64,000 bases of DNA, taken from contig CBFHOE010000002.1 of the NCBI GenBank assembly GCA_965657355.1, positions 192,001 through 256,000 of the forward strand. Reading direction: 5' to 3'. This document shows positions 51,568 to 62,037 of this stretch, in pieces; position 1 is the stretch's first letter, and each line of letters opens with the position of its first letter. The notes under the pieces were generated by a model that worked only from the letters and a program-made list of their open reading frames with translations, made no database searches and was not told the origin of the DNA. The translations under genes and the position numbers were made by a program. This stretch comes from Limisphaerales bacterium (lineage in GTDB: Bacteria; Verrucomicrobiota; Verrucomicrobiia; Limisphaerales; JAJOIW01).

Positions 51568-54500
51568 TTAAAATGAGATTCTTTCGTTTGATAAAACTCT
51601 GAAGAAGATCGAATTTCCAGGTGTTGGATTTTGTGGAATTCCCCCTTTGAATAGGAGTGTGTTGGACAAAACTTCTTTCTCACTGGCAAAGGACCAGTTC
51701 TTGAGGTCATAAGAATATTCCAGGGTAAGAGATAAACCATGAGTTGCTGATATTTCCAGGGAATATTCACCGCCTGGAGAAACGTGAAATTGTCTAATCT
51801 TTAATGGAATTGGATCTGGATTAGAGACAATTTCAAATTCAACGCGACCAATGGAACCATAAGTGGCTCCATCCCATGACCTGAATGTGAGAGAATCAGA
51901 GCCTGAATAAAATGAATCAGGCTTATAGGTGTAATTTGTTCCAAGCCCATAAATAAATCCATTTTCGGGACCAACCACAATAGCACTCCTTAATGAATCT
52001 CCATCGGGATCCGAAACAGGCAATTGAAATGAAAAACGTTTACCCTTAGTTAATATAATCTTTTTGTCAAAAATCTCAGGCGCTTCGTTGGGAACTTTTA
52101 CAGTAATAAATACCGTAGCGACAAGACTCTCAAACTCACCATCAAACGCAGAGTAACTAAATTTGTCCAGGCCAAGAAAATCTTTCCTTGGAGTATAAAT
52201 GGCGCGCACCCCCTCAAAATGCACATCACCATTCACAGGTGCCTCTTGGAGCCTTATTTGGAGAACTGTCCCTTCTCCATCTATCGCTGAAAGATCAAAT
52301 TCTAGGGGAATATTTTGACGAGTAGATACAAATTGATCTTTAGCCGTGGGAGATGAATTTTCTCCAGTTACTTCAATTTTAATGCGAGCAGTGCTACCTG
52401 CATCTTCCATGTCTTTGGCAAAAAAACTAATTTCGTCGTCTCCAATAAATCCGGGATCAGGCGTGTATTTATATATGAATTCATCATCAGTTTCTGACAA
52501 CTGACCATTCTCTGGGGATTCTCCAATTACGATCGAATAAGCGTCTCCGTCAGGGTCATTCGCCTTAAATTCAATATCAATAGATTGATCAACAAGAGTT
52601 GTATATCTGTCGCTTTGAGCTTTAGGGGGGTTATTTTTATCGAGAACTAAAATTTTAACAGATGCAGGAAGACTTTCACTGAATTCGTCCTTTGCTATGT
52701 ATTGAAAGTCGTCTTCCCCTACATAATTTTCATTTGGGCTATACTCGGCTAAGGTTGGAAAAACCAATACGTCACCCTCTTTGGGGTTTTGATTGACTTC
52801 GAATTCCAACTCATCGCCATCAACATCAGTAGCTGAAAATATAACGGTTTCAAAAGAGTTTTTGTTTACTGTAATAGATAAATCATCAGCAACCGGAGGG
52901 TCATTAACAGGACGTATGATAAACATAATTTGGCCTGAAGACACGAGACCCGATGAATCCCTTATAGTGTAATCCAATTGGTCTTGACCAAAATAATTCT
53001 GATTTGGGGTATATTCGAATGTGCCATTTTCTGTAGGGACAAAAGATCCATTTTTAGGGGCCCCGTATCCGGCGACTTTTATTTCGTCACCATCCACATC
53101 AAAATCATTTAACAAAATATCCACTGTTATTTTGTTATCTTCATCTATAAGGAACTTGTCATCAACGGTAGTTGGCGGATCATTTTGAGGTAATATCCTA
53201 AAAGTAATGAGTCCAACAGACTGGCCTCCGGATGAACCTCGGATAAAGTATTGAACTTTTACTTCTCCATTAACGTCAGCATTTGGTGTGAATAAGATTT
53301 TTTGGTCCTCGTTAATTTCCAAGAAACCGGATTCAGTCGTTCCGGTTGAGATCAATTTTGGCTTTTCCCCCGATGGATCTGAGTCATTACTTAGCGCGTC
53401 AACAACAATGCTTTGGTCTTCAGATAATGTAATAAAATCTGGATTAGCTACAGGGAAGGTTAATTGGTCGTTTGCGATAAATCGAATAATTTGAGTATTA
53501 GTGTCAAAGCGAGGATCTGTTACCGTTACCTGAACTTCAGCAGTACCCTGCCAAGCTGGGTCATTCGTAGATACGAATAAAACCCAATCATCTGTTAGCT
53601 CCCAATCAAGAACTGGATCAGCAGAGATATTAATATTAAGTTCATTCATAGAATGATCGGGGTCAGAAATATAGGGCTTTAGAGGATATGGAACCCAAAG
53701 CTCAGATATCGAGGCAATCTGAGTTGGTATTCTTTTAATCTCCGGAGGCAGATTAGGCTTGGGGGGGATATCAAACCGCCCCCACTGACTTGCATTTACA
53801 TGATAGGAAGACCATGGGAATAGGTCGCTTCTGTAATTCACACCCAGCTCCCAAGCAAATATTGAGAATGTATTTTTACTTTTTATGGAGGAAGGTTGAT
53901 TTGGTACATAGGACATATCAATAGCAGTGGACAATAAAACATCCAAAAAGCCATCAGAATCCAAATCGGTGAATTGTATGAGATGATTCTTATCCGCTAT
54001 ACTAACCCCCGGAGATGGAATAGGGATCATATTTTTCGGGTTAAATTGATTTTCCCACATGGTCCTAGTGCCATCGAATTCATAACTCCTGATTCCTCCG
54101 AGCTTCTCGGCATCGAGTGAATTAGCGAAAAGGTAGAATATTCCGTGAACGGTGCTTAAGATTTCTAACTCACTGTCTCCGTCGATATCGCCAATTGATA
54201 CTTGCCCTCGAAAGTTTTCATTTATCAGAGGCTCACTCGGCCAACCATCAGCCGGGAATCCATCATGGTGAATGAGATGAATTTGTCCTGCGATTCTATC
54301 ATTGATGACGATTTCTAAATCACTGTCGTTATCAAAATCGGCGAGAACAGGGGCGTCGAGAAATGAATACTCCACTAAAACAGGAAAATCACCAAATACT
54401 CTACCATCTCCACCAAAGGCGTAAACACCTCCTCTATTGAGCGAACGCTCATCGTAGGTACTCACAATCACTTCGAGTGTGGCATTGCCGTCGAGATCCC

Positions 54501-57222
54501 CAATTACGGGGGATGTTAATATTTGCCCCTTAACATCAGATGTCCATTCAGGTTCACTAGATTTATCGATGTGGAACATACTTAATTCACCACAGCTACT
54601 TGGGATAACGATTTCTAATTTTCCATCTCTATCCAAATCACCGTATGACGGTACGATTTCAACAACATCATTCTCATGAAAGCAATCATCAACACGCCAA
54701 AGTTTTAAGACCCGACCATGCGGATCGAGAATACTTAATTGCCGTCGGGGTGTATTACCCAAAAAGAAGGCCTCGTTGTTAAAAGTGACAATCTCATTCA
54801 CACCATCCGTATCGAGATCGACAATAGAAATTCCCATCCGGCTACCGGGAAGATCTACAGGCCAATCGCCTTGAAGTAGTTGGCCACTCGAGTTAAAGGC
54901 ATAAACTTTTCCATTGGCACCTCCGTCCACCACAATTTCCAAATTTGGGTCTTGGTTGAGGTTTCCTATGACTAGGCTACCGGTGGAAGGCCTTCCTATG
55001 CCCAGTTTCTTTGACCACAATAGGTTTCCTTGATGAGAGAGAACCATTACTTCGGCGGGAATGAATTCCCCGTCACCAGGTTTAACAAGTGCAATTTCTT
55101 GAAAACCGTCATTGTCGAAGTCTGCTATCTTAAATGATGTCCAATCAATTGATTTTAAGTCGTTTGTGGGAAGGTCCACAGAAACTGGCCAACCGGATGA
55201 AATCCTATCATCAAAGTATATAAGCCAACTATATTCTTGATCAATAAGCTCCTCATTATCCAGAGAGGTGGCGGTGAGTCGCAGCGTATAAAATTTCTCA
55301 CCTGGCAGATTTTGGACATTCCATATTCCCAAGACGTCATTCTGGATATTCCCTGGAATATGATCAGGTATTTCAATTCCAGAATCGCTCCATTGGGCGG
55401 GACTTATCCCCTCTCCATATTCGAGTTTATAAGTCCTATTCAGACCAAAAACAGAACCTCTGATTTCAATTGGATTCCGGGTTGATAAAAAATCATTATT
55501 ATCAGGATAAATTATGTCAACATTTTCAATTTCTACCCTCTTTTGTGTCGTACTTTCTTTACCCTGAGAATTTTTAGCTCTTAGACGAAAGGTATATTGG
55601 CCATCCTGGTAATCCGCTGTTGAAAACCCATTGTAGAGCGTGCTTGATAAAACGGGTATTTGGGATGAGTGAATAAATGTCCAATCTTTTGGAGAATTAC
55701 CCTTACCAATTTCTAGGGTAAATTCTTTAAAGGTATCACCTGAAGCCGTACCGATTATGTCAAACTGTCCACCAACTTTTTCGGGCATAACCAAACTTAC
55801 AGTGGGAATGGGCTCTTGGAACTCGAGTGCTTTATTTGCATTAATTCTTCCAGCACCAAGTTCCTCTTTGACATCAATAACATCAACACCTGAAAGAAGT
55901 ATGTTTTCAACGTCAACAAGAGAAAAGTCCGGGTTTTTCCCCCAAACCAACGCAGCGACGCCTGAGACAATGGGGGTCGCCATTGAAGTCCCATTGAGAG
56001 AACCGTAAGAATTATTGACTTTGGTTGAAAAAATAGCTGTACCTGGTGCCGAAATATCAATAGTGGGCCCATGGTTTGTAAACTCAGATTTTCGCCCCCC
56101 AGAATCAACAGAGGCGACTGAAATAACAGATTCAAATGCCGCTGGATAATTCTTTATTTGTTTACTGTCGTTTCCGGCAGCCGCAATCGTCAATACCCCG
56201 TCCTCCCTTGCTTTTTCAATGACTTGTTTTAAAAGCCTGCTTTTGTCTTCAGCACCCCATGATGCATTAATTATTTTAGCACCATTCTCGACGGCATATT
56301 CAATAGCCGCTATTCCAGTTGAAGTGTTACCACGGCCTTTGTTATTAAAGGCCTTCAGTTGCATCAGATCGATCTTCCAATTGATACCGACAATACCTTG
56401 TCCATTATTTCCTACAGCGCCTGCGATACCTGATACATGAGTTCCATGACCACTATCATCATAAGGATCAGAGTCATCATTCTGAAAGTCGTATCCATGT
56501 ATATCGTCAATGTATCCATTAGAATCATCATCAATACCATTACCGGGGATTTCACCACTATTTACCCATAAATTATCAACCAAATCAGGGTGAAAAAAAT
56601 CAGCGCCTGTATCGATTATTGCCATTAAGAAATCAGGATCACCTTTATAGGTTTTCCATGCATTTAATATATCTATATCTTCTCCTTCTCTACTTTCACT
56701 TCCTTGGCCGTCATTGAACAGGTGCCATAATTTTGAAAATTGCACATCATTGGGGAGCACGTCTTGGAATTCCGGAGGAACAGAGTTGAATATTGTCAAC
56801 GGTATAACCGGCTCAGCAATAGCAATATCAGGGTGACGCTCCAAACTTTTGGCGGCTACGCTAGCGCTCTGCCCAGGTTGTAACTTGGCCCGATAAATTT
56901 TACCTACAAATCTAGAGGTCTTGGATCGTTTCGGTGCCCCTTGGCCCCCCCTCGACAACCTGACATTCGATTGAGAGCTCTTTCTCAAAGGCTCAAAAGT
57001 TTCTATAAATCCAAAACTTTCAATAAACTTCAGAGATACGGTCGATTTCGGTTTGTAAACAAAAAGGACCTCCTTTTTTTCTTCACTACCTTCGATGTTG
57101 GCTGCTGAAGACAGACAAAGAACTACAATAAAAATCCCAAAAGATAAAACACCTATGCGTCTTATTGAAAAAATCCGAAAAAATAAGACTGTAGGATTTA
57201 AAATAGAATTTCGATCGAGCAT
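51568..57222 (-). CDS. Giant secreted S8 subtilase with FG-GAP-like and tandem Ig/cadherin-like repeats
   Basis: Catalytic triad IIDTG, GHGTHVSG, GTSMATP; DLDxDGxxEIV repeats; NDPP/DxDGD Ig-like repeats; FFRV tail. Confidence 0.9.
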   Translation of the reverse strand: MLDRNSILNPTVLFFRIFSIRRIGVLSFGIFIVVLCLSSAANIEGSEEKKEVLFVYKPKSTVSLKFIESFGFIETFEPLRKSSQSNVRLSRGGQGAPKRSKTSRFVGKIYRAKLQPGQSASVAAKSLERHPDIAIAEPVIPLTIFNSVPPEFQDVLPNDVQFSKLWHLFNDGQGSESREGEDIDILNAWKTYKGDPDFLMAIIDTGADFFHPDLVDNLWVNSGEIPGNGIDDDSNGYIDDIHGYDFQNDDSDPYDDSGHGTHVSGIAGAVGNNGQGIVGINWKIDLMQLKAFNNKGRGNTSTGIAAIEYAVENGAKIINASWGAEDKSRLLKQVIEKAREDGVLTIAAAGNDSKQIKNYPAAFESVISVASVDSGGRKSEFTNHGPTIDISAPGTAIFSTKVNNSYGSLNGTSMATPIVSGVAALVWGKNPDFSLVDVENILLSGVDVIDVKEELGAGRINANKALEFQEPIPTVSLVMPEKVGGQFDIIGTASGDTFKEFTLEIGKGNSPKDWTFIHSSQIPVLSSTLYNGFSTADYQDGQYTFRLRAKNSQGKESTTQKRVEIENVDIIYPDNNDFLSTRNPIEIRGSVFGLNRTYKLEYGEGISPAQWSDSGIEIPDHIPGNIQNDVLGIWNVQNLPGEKFYTLRLTATSLDNEELIDQEYSWLIYFDDRISSGWPVSVDLPTNDLKSIDWTSFKIADFDNDGFQEIALVKPGDGEFIPAEVMVLSHQGNLLWSKKLGIGRPSTGSLVIGNLNQDPNLEIVVDGGANGKVYAFNSSGQLLQGDWPVDLPGSRMGISIVDLDTDGVNEIVTFNNEAFFLGNTPRRQLSILDPHGRVLKLWRVDDCFHENDVVEIVPSYGDLDRDGKLEIVIPSSCGELSMFHIDKSSEPEWTSDVKGQILTSPVIGDLDGNATLEVIVSTYDERSLNRGGVYAFGGDGRVFGDFPVLVEYSFLDAPVLADFDNDSDLEIVINDRIAGQIHLIHHDGFPADGWPSEPLINENFRGQVSIGDIDGDSELEILSTVHGIFYLFANSLDAEKLGGIRSYEFDGTRTMWENQFNPKNMIPIPSPGVSIADKNHLIQFTDLDSDGFLDVLLSTAIDMSYVPNQPSSIKSKNTFSIFAWELGVNYRSDLFPWSSYHVNASQWGRFDIPPKPNLPPEIKRIPTQIASISELWVPYPLKPYISDPDHSMNELNINISADPVLDWELTDDWVLFVSTNDPAWQGTAEVQVTVTDPRFDTNTQIIRFIANDQLTFPVANPDFITLSEDQSIVVDALSNDSDPSGEKPKLISTGTTESGFLEINEDQKILFTPNADVNGEVKVQYFIRGSSGGQSVGLITFRILPQNDPPTTVDDKFLIDEDNKITVDILLNDFDVDGDEIKVAGYGAPKNGSFVPTENGTFEYTPNQNYFGQDQLDYTIRDSSGLVSSGQIMFIIRPVNDPPVADDLSITVNKNSFETVIFSATDVDGDELEFEVNQNPKEGDVLVFPTLAEYSPNENYVGEDDFQYIAKDEFSESLPASVKILVLDKNNPPKAQSDRYTTLVDQSIDIEFKANDPDGDAYSIVIGESPENGQLSETDDEFIYKYTPDPGFIGDDEISFFAKDMEDAGSTARIKIEVTGENSSPTAKDQFVSTRQNIPLEFDLSAIDGEGTVLQIRLQEAPVNGDVHFEGVRAIYTPRKDFLGLDKFSYSAFDGEFESLVATVFITVKVPNEAPEIFDKKIILTKGKRFSFQLPVSDPDGDSLRSAIVVGPENGFIYGLGTNYTYKPDSFYSGSDSLTFRSWDGATYGSIGRVEFEIVSNPDPIPLKIRQFHVSPGGEYSLEISATHGLSLTLEYSYDLKNWSFASEKEVLSNTLLFKGGIPQNPTPGNSIFFRVLSNERISF

Positions 57223-57261
57223 CCTGCCGTATTGGTAATTAATGGTAATTCAATATAGCAC

Positions 57262-59964
57262 TTAGTGAATGGGTTTTCCTTGTTTGATCCAATCTTGTAT
57301 ACTTGTAGCTAGGGCTGTCCATCCAGTTTGGTGGCTCGCTCCAAGGCCTTTTCCGGATTCTGCGTGGAAATACTCATGAAAATAAATCAAATTTTGCCAT
57401 GATTTCTCCTCATTTAAAGATGGATGCTCTCCAGCAAAGGGCCTAACTCCATCCGCATTTTTATAAAAAATGCTGAGTAATCTTTTACCAATTTCAATGG
57501 ATAGTTCATTGAGCTGCATTGGCTTATCATGACCTTTAATATTCACTTGTATTTGGTCTCCATAAAAATTGGAGTAAGTAACGAGACTTTCCATTATGAG
57601 GTAATTGACAGGAAACCATATGGGGCCTCTCCAATTTGAGTTTCCACCGAACATCCATGTTGTTGATTCTCCAGGTGTATAATCAACAGAATGAGTGTAT
57701 CCAGCCTGTTCAAACTCGAAAGGAGATTCCTCATGGTATTTTGATAATGATCTTATTCCATAGGGGGATAGGAACTCATTCTCATCGGTAAGATACCCAA
57801 GGATACTCTCAAGTCTTTGCTTTGATGGAATTGATAACAACCATCTGACACCGCTTTTTGTCTCTTGCTTTGTTAGGTGTCTGGAGAGATTTTTTTTGTT
57901 ATTTAAAAACCATTCGAATCGCTTCTTAAAACCGGGAACTCTATCCACTTTTTCTCCATCGAGTATCGCAACTGCAATAAGAGGGATTAACCCAACCAGT
58001 GATCTGGATTTTAAGGGCTGTGAGTGATGCTCAAATTGAATCTGATCGTAATAGAAGCCATCTTGGGGGTCCCATAGCCCATTACCACCTATATTGTTTA
58101 TGGCATCTATAATTTGAACGAAATGTTCAAAAAATTTTGTAGCCATATCGGAATAGGCGCGTCTTACTTCACCTTCATTCCAAGCCAGCTCCAAAGCCAT
58201 TTCCAGCATCACAGAGCAATAAAACCCCATCCAGGCGGTCCCGTCTGCTTGAGTTAATTTACCGCCTGTTGGTAGTGGGTGAGAGCGATCGAATACCCCT
58301 ATGTTATCCAATCCGAGAAAACCACCTGAAAACAGGTTATTACCTCCTTCGTCTTTTCTGTTAACCCACCAGGTAAAGTTTAAAAGCAATTTTTGGAACA
58401 CCCTTTCAAGAAAGGCGCGGTCTCTCCTTCCCGCTCTTTTTTCTATCTGATAAATTCTCAAAGCAGCCCATGCGTGAACAGGTGGATTGACATCGTCAAA
58501 AGCAAACTCGTATGCAGGTATTTGCCCATTAGGGTGCATATACCACTCTTTCAGAAACAGGATAATTTGGCGTTTTGCAAAGAATGGATCGACCTTGGCA
58601 ACCGGTATCATGTGGAAAGCTAGATCCCAAGCGGCAAACCATGGGTATTCCCATTTATCTGGCATGCTGATGATGTCTCGGGCAAATAGTGTTCTCCAAT
58701 TTTTATTTCTCCCTTTTTTCCTTCCTTCAGGGGGCTCAGGCATTCCAGGGTCCCCTTCAAACCATTCATCAACAACATAGTGATAAAACTGTTTGGTCCA
58801 AAAGAGCCCAGCATGTGCCTGGTGGGTCAGAAGGCGACTTTGTTCTTCATCATCCCCATCCTGTAAACGAGAATAAAAATCATCATGTTCGGTTTTCCTG
58901 TCCATCATGACGGGGTCGAATTCTCTAAAACCGCCACAATTAAATTGTTCGTCATGCTGATAAAGTCTAAATCGAAATTTTTTCGATTCGTTGGGATTTA
59001 GTTTAAGTTGATACATGCGACCAACCTTTGTTCCAATATTTCTGGGATTTACGGCGTCCTCATTACCATCAATGACATAATCATGGAAGCCGTCCTTGTG
59101 ATACTTCCCTTTATCATTGACTCCAAATAATTTTTGGTAATTGGTGGTATTCTCGGTAAAAAGCCACTTGGCACTGTCAGTTTCTGAGTCCAAGTCCGCT
59201 TCAAAAAAATAATTCCCCAGAGTTTCATGATTACAGTCCAGGCGTCCGGGGTTTTCTTTGGAAAGTGTGATTCTTGGGGGCAAAGTACACCCTTCATGGC
59301 GGCAAGTCCACGACCAGGTATTTCTATACCAGAGCGTAGGAATAAAAGTTATTGGAGCCACTTCGCTACTGCGGTTCACAACTTCAACTTCAATCAATAA
59401 ATGGTTAGGAGAGGCCTTCCCATAACTTGCAAAAACATCAAAGTAATTATCTTGTTTAAAGACGCCTGTATCAATGAGTTCAAATTCACTTTTTTCCCTG
59501 CCTCTATTCGCATTTTCTTTCAATAAGAGATCGTATGGAAATTTTGAAATTGGATACTTATAAAGAGCTTTCATCCAACTATGTGTCGGAGTACTTTCCA
59601 GGTAGAAATATTCTTCCTTAACATCTTCTCCGTGATTTCCCTGCGGGCCAGTTAAACCAAAGAGTCTCTCTTTTAAAATATCATCTTTACCATTCCAAAG
59701 GGCCATGGAGAAACAAAGGCGGCATTGGCGGTCCGTTATACCCAAGAGGCCATCTTCCCCCCAGCGGTAGGCTCTGCTTCTAGCATGGTCATGGGGAAAA
59801 TAGTCCCAGCATTCGCCAAATTCAGAGTAATCTTCTCTCACAGTGCCCCACTGCCTTTCAGAAAGATATGGGCCCCAGCGCTTCCAGTTGGCATACCTTT
59901 TTGACTCGTCAGTAAGTCTTATCCATTCAGCGGTGGCTTCAAGTGACCTGTGAATATTTAGCAT
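57262..59964 (-). CDS. GH63/MGH1-like glucosidase
   Basis: WGPYLSERQWGTVREDYS, MPDKWEYPWFAAWDLAFH, FLGLDNI, NSNWRGPIW and GLGASHQTGWT motifs. Confidence 0.9.
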   Translation of the reverse strand: MLNIHRSLEATAEWIRLTDESKRYANWKRWGPYLSERQWGTVREDYSEFGECWDYFPHDHARSRAYRWGEDGLLGITDRQCRLCFSMALWNGKDDILKERLFGLTGPQGNHGEDVKEEYFYLESTPTHSWMKALYKYPISKFPYDLLLKENANRGREKSEFELIDTGVFKQDNYFDVFASYGKASPNHLLIEVEVVNRSSEVAPITFIPTLWYRNTWSWTCRHEGCTLPPRITLSKENPGRLDCNHETLGNYFFEADLDSETDSAKWLFTENTTNYQKLFGVNDKGKYHKDGFHDYVIDGNEDAVNPRNIGTKVGRMYQLKLNPNESKKFRFRLYQHDEQFNCGGFREFDPVMMDRKTEHDDFYSRLQDGDDEEQSRLLTHQAHAGLFWTKQFYHYVVDEWFEGDPGMPEPPEGRKKGRNKNWRTLFARDIISMPDKWEYPWFAAWDLAFHMIPVAKVDPFFAKRQIILFLKEWYMHPNGQIPAYEFAFDDVNPPVHAWAALRIYQIEKRAGRRDRAFLERVFQKLLLNFTWWVNRKDEGGNNLFSGGFLGLDNIGVFDRSHPLPTGGKLTQADGTAWMGFYCSVMLEMALELAWNEGEVRRAYSDMATKFFEHFVQIIDAINNIGGNGLWDPQDGFYYDQIQFEHHSQPLKSRSLVGLIPLIAVAILDGEKVDRVPGFKKRFEWFLNNKKNLSRHLTKQETKSGVRWLLSIPSKQRLESILGYLTDENEFLSPYGIRSLSKYHEESPFEFEQAGYTHSVDYTPGESTTWMFGGNSNWRGPIWFPVNYLIMESLVTYSNFYGDQIQVNIKGHDKPMQLNELSIEIGKRLLSIFYKNADGVRPFAGEHPSLNEEKSWQNLIYFHEYFHAESGKGLGASHQTGWTALATSIQDWIKQGKPIH

Positions 59965-60010
59965 TATTTAATATTAGTATTATACGAGAGCCGAGTTAGA
60001 CTTAAATTCG

Positions 60011-60883
60011 ATGAAGGTTCTCATTATTGGATGCGGTTATGTTGGGCAATCTGTCGGGTCCAAGCTTGCTTCCGACGGCCATGAAGTGGTTGGCATAGTT
60101 AGAAAGACCGCTGAGATTTTGAAAAAAACCGGCATCAGGCCAATTGTTGGCGACGCGACATCTGAAAATTTTTGGCAAAACATCGAACAGGATTTTGATT
60201 GGGTTATCAATTGCATCTCCTCGAGCCGAGGCGATACCGAGGTTTACAAGAAAGTCTATCTTGAAACTTCTATTAGAATTATCCACTGGCTTCATAATAC
60301 TGAAACAAAAAAGTATGTCTATACCTCCAGCTCAAGTGTGCTTGGTTACACAAATGGAAGTGTTGTCGACGAAAATACTGCGCCAAACCCACTGAATAAA
60401 AAAGCTTCTATACTCATTGAAACCGAAGAAAAATTACTGGAAGCGGTCGCGAATAAAGGCGTCCCCAATGTGATTGTCCGACTTTCCGGTATATATGGGC
60501 CAGATCGAGGATTTTTGTTTAAGCAATTCATTAAAGGGGAAGCCTCTTTCGACCCAAATAACGATAGGTATATTAATATGATTCATAAGGACGATGCCTC
60601 ATCTGGTATTATCGCAGCTTGCAAAAAAGGCACACCAGGAAGCATCTATCATATCACAGATTCCAAACCTGTTCTCCAATCAGAGTTCTTAAAGCACCTT
60701 TCTGAAAAATTGGAACTTCCAATGCCACGAGGAGAGTGCCAACCAAAAATATCGAAAAGGGCCCCAACAAATAAAAAGATCTCCAATCACAAGGCGATAA
60801 GCGAACTCGATTGGACTTTAAAATACCCGACATACGTCGAAGGATATAAAGATGAAATTGAAAGAATTCTCAGATCCCGATGA
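60011..60883 (+). CDS. Atypical SDR / NAD-dependent epimerase (YeeZ-like)
   Basis: IIGCGYVG, YTSS, RLSGIYGP.R and N.IH.DD motifs. Confidence 0.85.
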   Translation: MKVLIIGCGYVGQSVGSKLASDGHEVVGIVRKTAEILKKTGIRPIVGDATSENFWQNIEQDFDWVINCISSSRGDTEVYKKVYLETSIRIIHWLHNTETKKYVYTSSSSVLGYTNGSVVDENTAPNPLNKKASILIETEEKLLEAVANKGVPNVIVRLSGIYGPDRGFLFKQFIKGEASFDPNNDRYINMIHKDDASSGIIAACKKGTPGSIYHITDSKPVLQSEFLKHLSEKLELPMPRGECQPKISKRAPTNKKISNHKAISELDWTLKYPTYVEGYKDEIERILRSR

Positions 60884-60886
60884 ATT

Positions 60887-61288
60887 CTAGCTTGGTTGAT
60901 TACATATTTCTATGAGATGACCATCAGGGTCCCTGATATAGAATTGGGCTGCCCCATCTGGTCGAGATCGAGGTCCAAATTCGATTTCGACTCCGGCTTC
61001 GCTTATGACCTTCGCTGCAGCATCAATATCTGATACTCTGAAAGCAATATGTGGCCCTCTAGGAGGATCCATTGCACCACTATCCCAGCCAGGTTTCCCA
61101 GCTTCGGGTGATTGGGGATTTAAATGAATCATTGTTTCCCCGGCCGAAAACCAACGACCTGGAAAAGGGAAATCTGGGCGTTTCTCTTCTTTCATACCAA
61201 GCAGTCCGTGATAGAAATTCCGACTTTTTTCAAAGTCCGCTGAGACGACCGTTACGTGGTCGATTGTTTGCACCTGAAGTTTATCCAT
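60887..61288 (-). CDS. VOC/glyoxalase-family protein
   Basis: IDHVTV, FY..LLG, HIAFRV and DPDGHLIEI motifs. Confidence 0.9.
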   Translation of the reverse strand: MDKLQVQTIDHVTVVSADFEKSRNFYHGLLGMKEEKRPDFPFPGRWFSAGETMIHLNPQSPEAGKPGWDSGAMDPPRGPHIAFRVSDIDAAAKVISEAGVEIEFGPRSRPDGAAQFYIRDPDGHLIEICNQPS

Positions 61289-61290
61289 TT

Positions 61291-61893
61291 TTATTTTTTC
61301 CTATAATGCGCCATGAATGAAGGCATGTCTCCGTGTAGTCCTTCATTTCTGAGATCCGATAAAATTTGCCCGTATCTGAATAAATCTGATGCCATCATAT
61401 CGATTCTGGAATTTAGATCCTCCGATTTGATTCCACTTTCAAAGCATACGTCCGATTTCTCCTGAAAGGATACTCCATACGGCAGACTCCAGGCGTAACA
61501 TTGCCGGGATACTGTTCTAATGTGGTCCGTGACTGTTAAACCTTTTTCATAGGAACCCACAACACTACCAATCAATTTACCGGCAAGTTCTTTCCAAAGG
61601 TGGTCTAGGAAATTTTTTAGATTCGAGCTCATTGTTCCGTGGTAGTCCGGTGTCCCCAAGACGAGAACATCAGCTTCATTGGCTCTTCGTGAAACCTCTG
61701 CATATGCTTCACTTGAGTATGTGGTATCAATGTCAAACAGCGGCAAAGGGTTTTGTGCTAAATCCCAAAAATCAACCTTGCAGCCCAATGACTCTAACCT
61801 TTCATCAAGACATGATAAAACCACCCGAGTCGTTGACTTTTGGCCCGAGCTGCCGGAAACAAGCAGTACATTTAATGATTCGCTCTTATCCAT
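61291..61893 (-). CDS. NADPH-dependent FMN reductase
   Basis: VSGS..S.T, LPLFD and GTPDYHGTMSSNLKNFLDH motifs. Confidence 0.88.
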   Translation of the reverse strand: MDKSESLNVLLVSGSSGQKSTTRVVLSCLDERLESLGCKVDFWDLAQNPLPLFDIDTTYSSEAYAEVSRRANEADVLVLGTPDYHGTMSSNLKNFLDHLWKELAGKLIGSVVGSYEKGLTVTDHIRTVSRQCYAWSLPYGVSFQEKSDVCFESGIKSEDLNSRIDMMASDLFRYGQILSDLRNEGLHGDMPSFMAHYRKK

Positions 61894-61976
61894 TTCCTAA
61901 TCTTACAGATAATCTCTCTATTTTGCCAACTTACATGTGGAAGATTAGAAGGTTCTTGCTTGTGAAATGAGACACG

Positions 61977-62005
61977 AAAAAAGCCTCTCAGATGTGGGAG
62001 GCTTT
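61977..62005 (-). terminator. Rho-independent terminator of pnp
   Basis: Minus strand AAAGCCTCCCA-CATC-TGAGAGGCTTTTTT. Confidence 0.75.
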
Positions 62006-62037
62006 GGTAACTAAAAATATTGGAGAGAAAATCTACA

